Positions 1 to 10,055 of a DNA stretch of 64,000 bases are shown here, piece by piece. The stretch is taken from positions 512,001-576,000 of the forward strand of contig AP038806.1 in NCBI GenBank assembly GCA_047150005.1, read 5' to 3'. A program made the position numbers and the translations under genes. This DNA comes from Nitrospira sp. (GTDB lineage Bacteria > Nitrospirota > Nitrospiria > Nitrospirales > Nitrospiraceae). Numbering within the stretch: position 1 is the stretch's first letter; each line of letters begins with the position of its first letter. The notes under the pieces were generated by a model. That model saw only the letters and a list, made by a program, of their open reading frames with translations, was not told the origin of the DNA and did not search any database.

Positions 1-402
1 CCGGTCCACGGCATGCATGTTGGGATGCGGCACCGGCACGCGCCTGGTGTAGAGCCAGGGGCTGCCCTCGCGCGCGTTGGCGAACCCGACCCGCTCGGGC
101 GCGCCGCTCAACCGGCCCATCATCGCGCTGCGGAACAGGCCCTGCAGGTCGATCGCGAGATCGAACCGGTCGGCGCGCAGAGCCGGTACCAGCGACAACC
201 AGCCCTTGACCCCCGACTCCACTTCCCACAGGTGATCGACTCCGTCGATCCGCTCGACCAGCCCGGCCCACTGTCGCTTGACCAGCCATCCCACGGTGGC
301 GTCCGGATGGGCGCGCCGCACTGCCGCGAGCGCGGGCATCGCATGCACGATGTCGCCGAGCGAGCTGGGTTTGATGAACAAAATGTGCTGATACGCCGTC
401 AT
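1..402 (-). CDS. waaC: Lipopolysaccharide heptosyltransferase (GT9, WaaC-like), runs off the window edge
   Basis: Own translation from ATG at 402: MTAYQHILFIKPSSLGDIVHAMPAL...FDLAIDLQGLFRSA, typical GT9 heptosyltransferase motifs; follows waaF in the operon. Confidence 0.8.
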   Translation of the reverse strand, partial: MTAYQHILFIKPSSLGDIVHAMPALAAVRRAHPDATVGWLVKRQWAGLVERIDGVDHLWEVESGVKGWLSLVPALRADRFDLAIDLQGLFRSAMMGRLSGAPERVGFANAREGSPWLYTRRVPVPHPNMHAVDR

Positions 403-451
403 GGGTGTACGCATGGGTGTGCGATAGACACCGGGGTACCCGATTCGATCG

Positions 452-2179
452 TCATCCGGCCGACCGTTCGCCGGCTTGCGCCGGGGTTCCGGCGCGCAAT
501 TCCGCATCTTTCAGAATCCATTCGGCCGCCTCGCTCATGGTCCGCGCGATGAGATCCGGCATCGCCCGCTCGGCCCTGAGCTGCTCCTTGACCGCTTCAT
601 CGACCGGCCCCCGCACGAGGAGCACGGATTTCGCACCCACGACATGAGCCAATTGAATGTCGCGCGCGTGATCGCCGATGAGATAGGATCGGCGCAGATC
701 GACCTGCAGTTCGGCCACGGCCCGGTCCACCATGCCGCGTGCAGGTTTGCGACAGAGGCAACCGTCATCCGGGTGATGCGGGCAGAAATACATGGCATCC
801 AGCGCGGCATCCTCCGCTTCCAACAGACCCTGCAGTCGCGCGTGCACGGCCTCCAGATCCTTGAGCGTGAAGAACCCGCGGCCGACACCGGACTGATTGG
901 TCACGACCACGAGGCGCGCACCGGCCGCCTTCAGCCTGGCGAGGCCCGTCGCCACGCCGGGTAAGAGCTTCAATTCCGCGGCGGATCTCAAATAGCCCGG
1001 ATCCTCGTTCAACGTCCCGTCCCGATCGAGAAAGACCGTGACACCGTCGAGGAGAGGACGCGGGTCGGACCGCTCCGCCGCAACCGGGCCGGGCGGCGAC
1101 ACCTCCAGCCTTGCAGGAGCGGAGGCGGGACCGCGGATCAGCTTGGCCGCCGCGTCGTACACCTGATCGGCCGACACTCCGGTCATGCAACGATGATCGA
1201 TCGGACATTCGCGCAGAAGGCAGGGCGCGCACTCGACCCGATGCCGGATCAAGGCATGGTCGGCGCCGTAGGGAGACGTCGTCCGCCAGTCCGTCGGGCC
1301 GAAGACGGCGACGATCGGCACACCGAACGCCGAGCCGATATGCATCGGACCGGTGTCGTTGGTCACGAGCACCCCGCACCGCTTGACGGCCGCCATCAGC
1401 TCACGGATCGTCGTCGCGCCTGATAGGACCATCGACCGGCCGGTCAAGCCGGCGGCGACGCTCCGGCCGAGCGCCTCCTCCCCTTTCGCGCCGAGAACCA
1501 AAACGGCCGCCGGCTTTCCGTGAGATTCCTCCAGCCGCCTGGCGAGCCGCTCGGCCACTTGCGTGAACCGCTCGGGCAACCAACGCTTGGCCCCTCCGTA
1601 CGTGGACCCGGGATTCACGCCGATGACCGGATCCTGCGCGCCGATCCCCGCTTGCATGAGTCGGGCGGCCATCGACTGGTCCTCCTCCGGCGTGACCCGG
1701 AGCTCCGGCTGGGACGGCTCGCCGGATACACCGAGCGGCTTCACCAAATTCCAATAATAGTGAACTTGATGGACCAACATGCCGGGATCGGGCGGCGCCA
1801 CCGGCTCCGTGAGCAGGACGCTGCGGCCGTCGGTCGCGTAGCCGTACCGCCGGGGGATCCCGGCGAGGAACGTGATGAACGCCGCTTCGAACGCATTCTG
1901 GAAGAGAACCGCGATGTCGAACCGTTCCCGCCGCAGGTCTCCGGCCAAGGTCCACTTGCCCGTCAGTCCCGCATGACGGGTTCGGTCCTCGTAGACGACC
2001 AGTCGGTCGATCGCGGGATGCGCCTGGAAGAGCTGCGCGACCGCCGGCTTCACCAGCAGAAACAACTGCGCGCCCGACCACAGACGCTTCAACCCCCGCA
2101 GCGCCGGCTCGCACATCACGGCATCGCCCAGCCAGTTGGGTCCGCGGACCAACACCTTCTTCGGTGTTCCGTCAGGCAT
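452..2179 (-). CDS. waaF: Heptosyltransferase II fused to C-terminal heptose-1,7-bisphosphate phosphatase (WaaF-GmhB fusion)
   Basis: N-terminal PNWLGDAVM, NPGSTYGGAKRW, NDTGPMH (GT9); C-terminal FLDRDGTLN, VVTNQSG, CPHHPDDGCLCRKP (GmhB HAD motifs). Confidence 0.92.
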   Translation of the reverse strand: MPDGTPKKVLVRGPNWLGDAVMCEPALRGLKRLWSGAQLFLLVKPAVAQLFQAHPAIDRLVVYEDRTRHAGLTGKWTLAGDLRRERFDIAVLFQNAFEAAFITFLAGIPRRYGYATDGRSVLLTEPVAPPDPGMLVHQVHYYWNLVKPLGVSGEPSQPELRVTPEEDQSMAARLMQAGIGAQDPVIGVNPGSTYGGAKRWLPERFTQVAERLARRLEESHGKPAAVLVLGAKGEEALGRSVAAGLTGRSMVLSGATTIRELMAAVKRCGVLVTNDTGPMHIGSAFGVPIVAVFGPTDWRTTSPYGADHALIRHRVECAPCLLRECPIDHRCMTGVSADQVYDAAAKLIRGPASAPARLEVSPPGPVAAERSDPRPLLDGVTVFLDRDGTLNEDPGYLRSAAELKLLPGVATGLARLKAAGARLVVVTNQSGVGRGFFTLKDLEAVHARLQGLLEAEDAALDAMYFCPHHPDDGCLCRKPARGMVDRAVAELQVDLRRSYLIGDHARDIQLAHVVGAKSVLLVRGPVDEAVKEQLRAERAMPDLIARTMSEAAEWILKDAELRAGTPAQAGERSAG

Positions 2180-3251
2180 ACACCGCCCCCGTCCTATCGG
2201 CCGACGCCTTCGCGATCAATGCTCGGAGTTCCCGCTCGCCCGCGACGATGTCCGTCCCGAGGCGGACGGCCCACCACCCGCAGTCCGAGGGCGTGAGCAG
2301 CGAAGCGAGCTTGCCCGCATCCTTCTCAGTCGTCATGACCACGTCCGCGTTCGCCGCCGCCGCTTTCGCACGCACCCGGCTCACATCCCCGCTCGTATAG
2401 GAATGATGGTCCCGATAGACCATGTGATCGACCGGTATCATCCCCAGCCGGATCGCCAGGGTCTGGAACGAGGCGGGATCGGCGATCCCGCTGCACAGCA
2501 CCGCCGTCTTGCCCCGGCACCAGGTGAGCGGCTGCTGTGAGCCGCTCGTGACGGAGACCAGCATCTCAGGGCGGAAGACCGCCTGGGCCACGGGCGTCCC
2601 GACGGTGACCGGACGAAGCAACTCCGCCACAACCGCCACCTGCTCCGGACGGTCGGCCTTGGTCACGACGATCATGGACGCACGGGCCGCGGCATCGATC
2701 GGCTCGCGGAGCCGGCCGGCCGGAAACACCGCGCGCAGACCGTCGGCGTCCGTCGCATCGACGAGCAGAAGATCCACATCGCGCTCGACGGCGAGATGCT
2801 GAAACCCGTCGTCGAGCAGAATGTAATCGACCGGAAACCGGTCCAGGACCCAGCGGCCGAGCTCGTAGCGGTCGGCGCCGACGGCCACGACCGCGGCGGG
2901 ACAGCGCCGCGCCATCAGATAGGGCTCGTCCCCCGCCTCTTCCGGAGCAGCCAGCAGGCTCGCGCCGTCCGAGACGACCAGCGACGGCGCCGACCCTGCG
3001 CGCCTGTATCCCCGGCTCAAGATCGCGACCCGTTTGCCGTCTCCCGACAGCCATTCGGCCAAACGAATGACCAGCGGCGTCTTGCCCGTCCCTCCGACCG
3101 TGAGGTTGCCGACGCTCACGACCGGCACGGGCAATCGCCGCCTGGCCAGCCAACCGCGCCGATACAGCGCCGCACGGATCCGCCCCGCCAGGCCGTAGAG
3201 CCAACCGGCCCAGAGCAGCCACCACCGCACCTGTGACCCTGGGGTGAACAC
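2172..3251 (-). CDS. lpxK: Tetraacyldisaccharide 4'-kinase
   Basis: [45 protein letters not shown] motifs. Confidence 0.95.
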   Translation of the reverse strand: MFTPGSQVRWWLLWAGWLYGLAGRIRAALYRRGWLARRRLPVPVVSVGNLTVGGTGKTPLVIRLAEWLSGDGKRVAILSRGYRRAGSAPSLVVSDGASLLAAPEEAGDEPYLMARRCPAAVVAVGADRYELGRWVLDRFPVDYILLDDGFQHLAVERDVDLLLVDATDADGLRAVFPAGRLREPIDAAARASMIVVTKADRPEQVAVVAELLRPVTVGTPVAQAVFRPEMLVSVTSGSQQPLTWCRGKTAVLCSGIADPASFQTLAIRLGMIPVDHMVYRDHHSYTSGDVSRVRAKAAAANADVVMTTEKDAGKLASLLTPSDCGWWAVRLGTDIVAGERELRALIAKASADRTGAVYA

Positions 3252-3257
3252 AATGTG

Positions 3258-4598
3258 TTATCGTCCGGCCATCAGCGGCAACTGATCGGGAGCCGGTGTC
3301 GGTTTCCGGTGCCCGGAGGCGGCGGACAGCAACGCATCCACCGCGTCGACCGTGGCCTGCAGCGCGCCCCGGTTCTGCTCGACGACGGAGCGGGCGGCCG
3401 CGCCGATGCGCGCGCCTTCCTCGGGACGATCGAGCAGCTGTTCGATCCGCTTCGCCAACTCCTCGCCGGTCACGCGCACACCCCCACCCGCCTGCAACAG
3501 CAATCCCGCGATCTCGGCACAATGGTCCGTGTAGGGACCGAAAAGCACCGGCTTGCCCCACAGGGCCGGCTCAAGCAGGTTGTGCCCTCCCACCGGCACG
3601 AGCGTGCCGCCGACGAAGGCGACCGCAGCTTCCCGGTACAACGAGGCCAATTCACCGCGCGAATCCAGCAGAATGACACGCGGCCCCGACCAGGCCTCGC
3701 GCCGGTCCGCCTGCATGGCAGTCCGCCGCCGCACCGGCAATCCCCGCGCGCGCACCATCGCCTCCACCTGTTCGACCCGTTCGATATGTCTGGGGGCCAG
3801 AAGCAACAGCACCGACGGATGGCGCTCGGCGACGGACCGATAGGCATCCACGAGCGCTTCCTCTTCGCCGTGATGCGTGCTCCCGGCGACGATCAACCGC
3901 TCGTCCTCCCGCAATTCCAAACTCGAGCGGGCCGATCGGCTGTCCGTCGACTCCGGAACCGGTTGATCGAACTTGATGTTCCCGGTTCGTTTCACCACCT
4001 TGGCATTCGCCCCAAGCGCGACGATGCGTTCTACATCCCGGTCCGATTGCATCAGGCAGAGACTCAGCGTTTCGATCATCGAACGGTAGAACGACCGCAC
4101 GGGCTCCCACTGCTGGCGGGCGAAGGACCGGCTCGAGAGCCTCCCATTGACCAGCACCGTGGGAACGCCGGCCCGGTGCAGGCGCCGGAGGAGATTCGGC
4201 CAGAGCTCGGTTTCCACAAACAGATAGAGCGCCGGACGCAAGTGGTCGATCATCCCCGAGACGACCCACGGGAAATCGAGCGGCGCATAACAATGCTCGG
4301 CCACCCCCCCCAGCCGCTGCTCCACCGCCTCGCGGCCGGTTTCGGTGACAGTCGAGACGGCGAACCGGTGGTCCGGATGTCGGCGGTGCAGTTCCCTGAC
4401 GAGCGGGGTCACCGCGACGACTTCGCCCAGCGAGACCGCATGAATCCAGACGAGCGGCCGGCCGTCCGGCCGGATCGGCGGTTGGGTAAGCCCAAAGCGC
4501 TGCGGCAGCCCGCGCCGGCAACGTTTCTTGGCCAGCAGGAGGCACAAGATGACGGGCGCGGCGAGCAGGAGCAGCGAATTGTAGAGGAGGTACCACAT
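3258..4598 (-). CDS. waaA: Kdo transferase
   Basis: WIHAVSLGE, ETELWPN, APRHIER, GGHNLLEPA motifs. Confidence 0.95.
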   Translation of the reverse strand: MWYLLYNSLLLLAAPVILCLLLAKKRCRRGLPQRFGLTQPPIRPDGRPLVWIHAVSLGEVVAVTPLVRELHRRHPDHRFAVSTVTETGREAVEQRLGGVAEHCYAPLDFPWVVSGMIDHLRPALYLFVETELWPNLLRRLHRAGVPTVLVNGRLSSRSFARQQWEPVRSFYRSMIETLSLCLMQSDRDVERIVALGANAKVVKRTGNIKFDQPVPESTDSRSARSSLELREDERLIVAGSTHHGEEEALVDAYRSVAERHPSVLLLLAPRHIERVEQVEAMVRARGLPVRRRTAMQADRREAWSGPRVILLDSRGELASLYREAAVAFVGGTLVPVGGHNLLEPALWGKPVLFGPYTDHCAEIAGLLLQAGGGVRVTGEELAKRIEQLLDRPEEGARIGAAARSVVEQNRGALQATVDAVDALLSAASGHRKPTPAPDQLPLMAGR

Positions 4599-4662
4599 AG
4601 ACGACTCGTCATGCGTCGATCGTCATTCGCCGAACGTAGGAATCGCCTCGGTGGCGATCCTG

Positions 4663-5363
4663 CTACGACGGGCGGTTGACGCGTGGCGGTTGACGGAGCA
4701 CGGCTTCATCAGCTTCGACGGTGAGCCGGTTCAGCGCGTCTTCCAGCTCCGACCGCTTTGCTTCAAGCTCCTCCGGGCCTGCCGTGCGGGGCACCCAGAG
4801 CGGCCTGCCCCACAACAAGAGCCCGCGCGACCAGGGCCAGGGGAGCATGAACCGATCCCAGCTCGCGAAGAGTTTTTTTTTGAGCAGGCCGCGGTGATCG
4901 GCACGATCGGCAACCCGGTCGCCCTGGCCAACTGGATGACGCCGATCTTCGCGACTTGCGCCGGACCTTTCGGGCCATCCGGCGTCACGACCAAATCCAG
5001 ACCGGAATGCCCCAGACGGATCAGCTCGCGCAACGCCTCCACGCCGCCTCTGGTGCTCGAGCCCCTCACGGCGAGGAAGCCGAAGCGCTCGACGATGCGC
5101 GCGATGATCTCCCCATCCTGATGCTGGCTGATGAGCACGTAGGCCCGCTCACCGCGGTAGGCGAACGGCATCAGGAGTTGGCGCGCGTGCCAGAACGCGA
5201 AGATGGCGCGCTTGCCGCCTTGATACAGCTGATCGGCGGCTTCGTGCCCTTGGCTCTCGATGCGCATGGACCGGCCGAGGCAGCGGATGACCCAGGCGCC
5301 GACCGGGGGGACGACCGACAGCTTGAGCCACCGTTCGAGCCGTTTGCCCGCGGCGCTACTCAA
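4663..5363 (-). CDS. DUF374/lysophospholipid acyltransferase-family protein, split by a frameshift at an A9 run (4873-4881)
   Basis: Frame 1: FWHARQL, ISQHQDGE, VRGSSTRGG, TPDGPKGP; the conserved tail SWDRFMLPWPWSR...WGRP continues in the -1 frame to the stop at 4663; TTG start at 5363 inferred. Confidence 0.8.
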
Positions 5364-7101
5364 GGGGCACGTCCTGGAACTGCATCGCATGCAGCCGTTG
5401 ATAGTGGCCGCCGCGGCTGAGCAGTTCCTCATGGGTTCCGACCTCGACGATCCTCCCCCGGCTGAGCACGACGATGCGGTCCGCACGCTGGATGGTGGAC
5501 AACCGATGCGCAATCACGACCGTGGTGCGGTTTTGCATCAGGTTCGCCAGGGCGAGCTGCACGACGCGCTCCGATTCCGTATCGAGCGCGGACGTCGCCT
5601 CGTCGAGAATCAACAACGGAGGATCTCTGAGAATCGCGCGGGCGATGGCCAGCCGCTGCCGCTCGCCGCCCGAGAGCTTGACGCCTTTCTCTCCGACCAC
5701 CGTGCGGTAACTCTGGGGCAGTCGCTCGATAAAATCATGCGCGTAGGCCTGCGTGGCCGCCAGCGCGATCTGCTCGTCGGTAGCGTCCCGCCGTCCGAAG
5801 GCGATGTTGGCGCGGACGGAATCGTCGAACAGGACGACGTCCTGCGACACGATGCCGATCTGGGCACGAAGGGACGCCAAGGTGTACGACTGGATATCGA
5901 TACCGTCGATGAGGATGCAGCCGGCCGTGGGTTCGTAGAAACGGGGCAGCAGATTCACGAGCGTGGTCTTGCCGCTCCCGCTGCTGCCGACGATGGCGAC
6001 CATTTCGCCGGCGCGGATGGTCAGGTCGATATCGTTGAGAGCGGGCACGCTCTGGCCTTCGTAATGGAACGTCACGTCCTGATAGACCACCGACTGGCTG
6101 ATCGGAGGCAGCACCAGCCGGCCGCGCTCGACTTCCTGCTCCGTCTTGAGATCGATGACGCTGAACACCCGCTCGGCCGCCGCCAGCGCCTGCTGAATCG
6201 TATTGTTGGACCCGGACAGCCGCCGGATCGGCGTGTAGGCCATGAACATCGCCGTCAGAAAGGAAAAGAACGAACCGGGCGTCATGGCGCCGCTGATGAC
6301 GAGATAGCCGCCGTACCAGACGATGGCCGCGACGCCGACCACGCCGATCACTTCCATGTGCGACGAGCCGAGCGAGGACACCTGGATGGCCTTCATCGTG
6401 GTGTTCAGGAACGCCTTGTTGCTGTCCCTGAACCGCTGCGCCTCCGCCTCCTCCCGGCCGTAGGCCTTGACCATGCGGATGCCGGCCAGCGTTTCCTGCA
6501 GCGTGGACGCCATGTCCCCCATCCGCTCCTGGCCGCTGGCCGCGAGCGCGCGCAGGCGCTTGCCCATGCGCACCATGGTCACCACGGCGAGCGGAATGAC
6601 GACGATCGAGAGGCCGGCAAGCTGCCAATTCTGATAGAAGATCACGCCGAGCATGGCGAGGAAGGTGAGCCCCTGCTGGAAGATATCTTTTAACACGCCG
6701 GCGACCGCGTTGGCCATAAGCGTCACGTCGTTGACGACGCGCGAGACCAGCCGCCCGGACGTATTCGCGTCGTGATAGCCGACCGGCAAGCGAATCATCT
6801 TCCCGAACAGTTCCTGGCGGATGTCGGTGATGACCTGATTGCCGACGTAGTTCATGAGGTAATTTTGGCCGTAGTTGAAGGCGCTCTTGAGGACCGACAC
6901 AATGAACAGCGCGAGCGGCAGCGCGAGCAGAAGCCCCTCGTTCTTGTTGATGAAGATCTCGTCCAGCACCGGCTTCACCAGCCAGGCGTACGCCCCGGAA
7001 AACACCGCCACGAGTGCCGAGCAGACGAACGCCGCGAGCAGCCGCAGCCGGTACGGCCTGAGGTACCGGACCAATCGCATGAATCGGTCTAGACTCGACA
7101 T
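5356..7101 (-). CDS. msbA: Lipid A flippase ABC transporter
   Basis: Transmembrane domain plus GSSGSGKT, LSGGERQR, ILDEATSALD; lipid A operon context. Confidence 0.93.
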   Translation of the reverse strand: MSSLDRFMRLVRYLRPYRLRLLAAFVCSALVAVFSGAYAWLVKPVLDEIFINKNEGLLLALPLALFIVSVLKSAFNYGQNYLMNYVGNQVITDIRQELFGKMIRLPVGYHDANTSGRLVSRVVNDVTLMANAVAGVLKDIFQQGLTFLAMLGVIFYQNWQLAGLSIVVIPLAVVTMVRMGKRLRALAASGQERMGDMASTLQETLAGIRMVKAYGREEAEAQRFRDSNKAFLNTTMKAIQVSSLGSSHMEVIGVVGVAAIVWYGGYLVISGAMTPGSFFSFLTAMFMAYTPIRRLSGSNNTIQQALAAAERVFSVIDLKTEQEVERGRLVLPPISQSVVYQDVTFHYEGQSVPALNDIDLTIRAGEMVAIVGSSGSGKTTLVNLLPRFYEPTAGCILIDGIDIQSYTLASLRAQIGIVSQDVVLFDDSVRANIAFGRRDATDEQIALAATQAYAHDFIERLPQSYRTVVGEKGVKLSGGERQRLAIARAILRDPPLLILDEATSALDTESERVVQLALANLMQNRTTVVIAHRLSTIQRADRIVVLSRGRIVEVGTHEELLSRGGHYQRLHAMQFQDVPLE

Positions 7102-8219
7102 TCGTCCAACACCACCTGAGCGGCCCGTCTGGACGCGCCCGGTTCTCCCAACGTGCGGTGCACCTGCCGCAGACTGTCCTTCATCTCGTCGTACGCCCGT
7201 CGATCGTTCACCAGCCGGTCGGTTTCCCGGATCAGCCGTTCGGCCGTCGCCTCGTCCTGAATGAGTTCAGGGACCACCGACCGGCCGGCGATGAGATTCA
7301 CCAGGCCGATCCACTTGACCCTGATCAGGCAGCGCGCCAGCGTGTACGTAGGCCACGTGGTTTTATACAGCAGGACCATCGGAGTCCCGACCACGGCCGC
7401 CTGCAGGGTCGCGGTGCCGGAGGCGATCCATAATATATCCGAAGCGGCCATGACTTCGCTGGCCTGGTCCCGCACCACGGTCACCGGGACGGAGCTCCCA
7501 TGCAGCCGTTCCCGGATCAGAGGGTCCTGGATCGACGAGGCCTGCGCGAGGATGAACTGCGTCTTCGGATTGCGGGCGAGAAGCTCGGCCGCCGCTTTCA
7601 ACAGCACCGGCATGAGCAGTTCGACTTCGGCCACCCGGCTTCCCGGCAGGAGCCCGACGACCGGGGCCTCCTGGTCGAAGCCGAACCGCCGGCGCAACGC
7701 CGATCGATCGTAATGGGAGGCCACCGCATCCAGCAGCGGATGGCCGACGTAGGTGCAGCGGATGCCGGCCCGGCGGTAGATCTCCTCTTCAAACGGCAGG
7801 ATGACCACGACGTGGTTGACCCGCCGTTGGATCCATGTGATCCGGCGTGGCCGCCAGGCCCAGATCTGAGGAGCGATATAATAGAGCACCTTCTGTCCGG
7901 CGGCCTTGGCGATCCGCGCAAAATGAAGGTTCAAGGCGGGATTGTCGATCAACACCACCAGATCCCAGCGTTCGGAACGCAGCACGCGCCTGATCGCGCG
8001 AATCCGCCGGACGATCGCCCGCACCGCCGAGAGGCCGATCAAGCCCATCACGTCGAGTTGCGGCACCCCCGGGATCAGCGCCACGCCCGCGGCCTTCATG
8101 CCGGCGCCGCCGATGCCGACCAACTGCGCCGAAGGATCCAGTGAGAGCACCTCCCTCGCCAGATTGGCTCCGTGCAGATCTCCGGAGGCTTCGCCAGTCA
8201 CGATCAAAATGCGCGGCAT
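7089..8219 (-). CDS. lpxB: Lipid-A-disaccharide synthase
   Basis: GEASGDLHGA, YYIAPQIWAWR, VGHPL, LLPGSR, SGTATL motifs. Confidence 0.96.
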   Translation of the reverse strand: MPRILIVTGEASGDLHGANLAREVLSLDPSAQLVGIGGAGMKAAGVALIPGVPQLDVMGLIGLSAVRAIVRRIRAIRRVLRSERWDLVVLIDNPALNLHFARIAKAAGQKVLYYIAPQIWAWRPRRITWIQRRVNHVVVILPFEEEIYRRAGIRCTYVGHPLLDAVASHYDRSALRRRFGFDQEAPVVGLLPGSRVAEVELLMPVLLKAAAELLARNPKTQFILAQASSIQDPLIRERLHGSSVPVTVVRDQASEVMAASDILWIASGTATLQAAVVGTPMVLLYKTTWPTYTLARCLIRVKWIGLVNLIAGRSVVPELIQDEATAERLIRETDRLVNDRRAYDEMKDSLRQVHRTLGEPGASRRAAQVVLDECRV

Positions 8220-8235
8220 AGTAGAAAGGTCAGTC

Positions 8236-9195
8236 TCAACCTTTCTCGACTTGGTGGCGTTCAGTGAACGCTTCGATCGCCTTCAGCACCTGATAGGCCA
8301 GTTCCAGCGCAAGCGCGCCGTCCTCGCCGGACACGACCGGACGGCCGCCGGTCCTGGCGGACTCGAGAAAGGACGCCAGTTGCAGCTTCAGCGGCTCCTC
8401 GTCCCCTCCTTGCATCTGCTCGACGACGATGGAAGGCCTGGGTCCTCCCTGCTGTTCCCGGCGGCACACCATACCCTGGCGCGTCTGGAAATCGATCGAT
8501 ACATAACTGTCGCGCTGAAAGACCCGGAACCGGCGCATCTTGTTGGTCGAGACCCGGCTGACGGTGAGGTTGGCGACGCAGCCGCCCTTGAACTGGATCC
8601 TGGCATTGGCGATGTCCACGGTGGACGACAGCACCGGCACCCCGGCCGCCCGCACTTCTTCCACGGGACCGGGGTTGAACGACAGGACCATGTCCAGGTC
8701 ATGGATCATCAGATCGAGCACCACGTCCACGTCGGTACCTCGATCACTGAAGCTGCTGAGCCGGTGACATTCGACGAAAGCGGGACGGCCGATGTGCGGC
8801 CGCATGACCTGCATGACGGGATTGAAGCGCTCGCTGTGCCCCACCTGCAGACAAAGGCCCCGCTGCTTGGCAAGCTGGACCAGATCCTGGGCCTCCGCCG
8901 ACGTCACGGCGATCGGTTTTTCCACCAGCACGTGCTTGCCCGCCGACAGACAGGCCTTGACCACCGCATGATGTGCCGAGGTCGGGACGGCCACGCTCAC
9001 GACGTCCACGTGAGACAGGAGTTCGCCGATGTCGGAAAAGACCCTGGTGCCCAGCTTGTCGGCGATGACCTTGGCCCGGTCGGGCGAGAGGTCCACGATG
9101 CCGGCCAGCTGTGAACCGGGAATCGCCGCATAGAGACGCGCGTGGTGCTGTCCCAAATGGCCCACGCCGATCACGCCGGCCCGCAAGGGGTTCAT
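8236..9195 (-). CDS. Gfo/Idh/MocA NAD-dependent oxidoreductase (GnnA-like)
   Basis: GVIGVGHLG, VLVEKP, GHSERFNP, DLMIHDLD; lies between lpxI and lpxB. Confidence 0.85.
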   Translation of the reverse strand: MNPLRAGVIGVGHLGQHHARLYAAIPGSQLAGIVDLSPDRAKVIADKLGTRVFSDIGELLSHVDVVSVAVPTSAHHAVVKACLSAGKHVLVEKPIAVTSAEAQDLVQLAKQRGLCLQVGHSERFNPVMQVMRPHIGRPAFVECHRLSSFSDRGTDVDVVLDLMIHDLDMVLSFNPGPVEEVRAAGVPVLSSTVDIANARIQFKGGCVANLTVSRVSTNKMRRFRVFQRDSYVSIDFQTRQGMVCRREQQGGPRPSIVVEQMQGGDEEPLKLQLASFLESARTGGRPVVSGEDGALALELAYQVLKAIEAFTERHQVEKG

Positions 9196-10055
9196 GTCGC
9201 CCGCTCGCCTCCGTTCACTCCCGCGGTCGCCAGTCCGACCACGGCGATGCGGGACTTCTGCGCCTGTTGCAACATCTGCTCGCGGTCCAGGAGGATCGTC
9301 CGGCCCGCTTCCACCGCCAGCACCGACGCTTTGACCGACGCCATCACCTCGATCGTCCGCGGACCGACGGCGGGCAGGTCAAATCGCAAGTCCTGCTGCG
9401 GCTTGCACCGCTTCACGACGACGGCCCCTTCCTTCGCCAGCTGTCCTCCGCGCCTGATCGCTTCGTCCGTTCCCTCGACCGCCTCGACCGCCACGACCAC
9501 CCGGTCCTTGATCACCACGCACTGGCCGATATCCAGAAGGCCGATCTCCTGGGCTACGTCCCACCCGTAGCGGATGTCCTCCCACTGTTTCGAGTCCGGT
9601 TCCCGCGTGGTCAGCGTGCCCTCTTCGGCCAGGATGCCGTCCAGCCCGAAGGTCGACTCGCAAATAGAAATCCCTTCCCGCTCGAGCTCCTTGGCGATTT
9701 CGCGCAGGATATCGTCGTCCTTCCAGAGGGCGAGTCGGGCGGCGAGCGCGAGGGCGCGGAAATCCGGCCGCACGGTCGTGAACACATGGGTCTTCTTGAT
9801 GCCGCCCAGCATGACCGCCTGCCGGACCTGGTCGCCCTGAAACGCCTTGATCAGTTTGTTGAGCTGCCCGATTTTGATCCAATGGATCCGGTCCACATGC
9901 TCGGCCAGCGCGGGATCCGTTTCGCCTTCGTGCGCGACCGCGGAGATCTGATAACCGAGCTTCCTGGCGTTGTCCGCGAAGATGATCGGAAAACGGCCGT
10001 TCCCGGCGATGAGTCCGAGGCGCTCGCCGTCCCGAAGCTCCGGCGTCTTGGTCAC
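9192..10055 (-). CDS. lpxI: UDP-2,3-diacylglucosamine diphosphatase LpxI
   Basis: LGLIAGNGRFP, LDIGQCVV, AVEAVEGTD, KPQQDLRFDLPAVG; GTG start at 10055 overlaps the lpxA stop (the track ORF is over-extended). Confidence 0.92.
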   Translation of the reverse strand: MTKTPELRDGERLGLIAGNGRFPIIFADNARKLGYQISAVAHEGETDPALAEHVDRIHWIKIGQLNKLIKAFQGDQVRQAVMLGGIKKTHVFTTVRPDFRALALAARLALWKDDDILREIAKELEREGISICESTFGLDGILAEEGTLTTREPDSKQWEDIRYGWDVAQEIGLLDIGQCVVIKDRVVVAVEAVEGTDEAIRRGGQLAKEGAVVVKRCKPQQDLRFDLPAVGPRTIEVMASVKASVLAVEAGRTILLDREQMLQQAQKSRIAVVGLATAGVNGGERAT

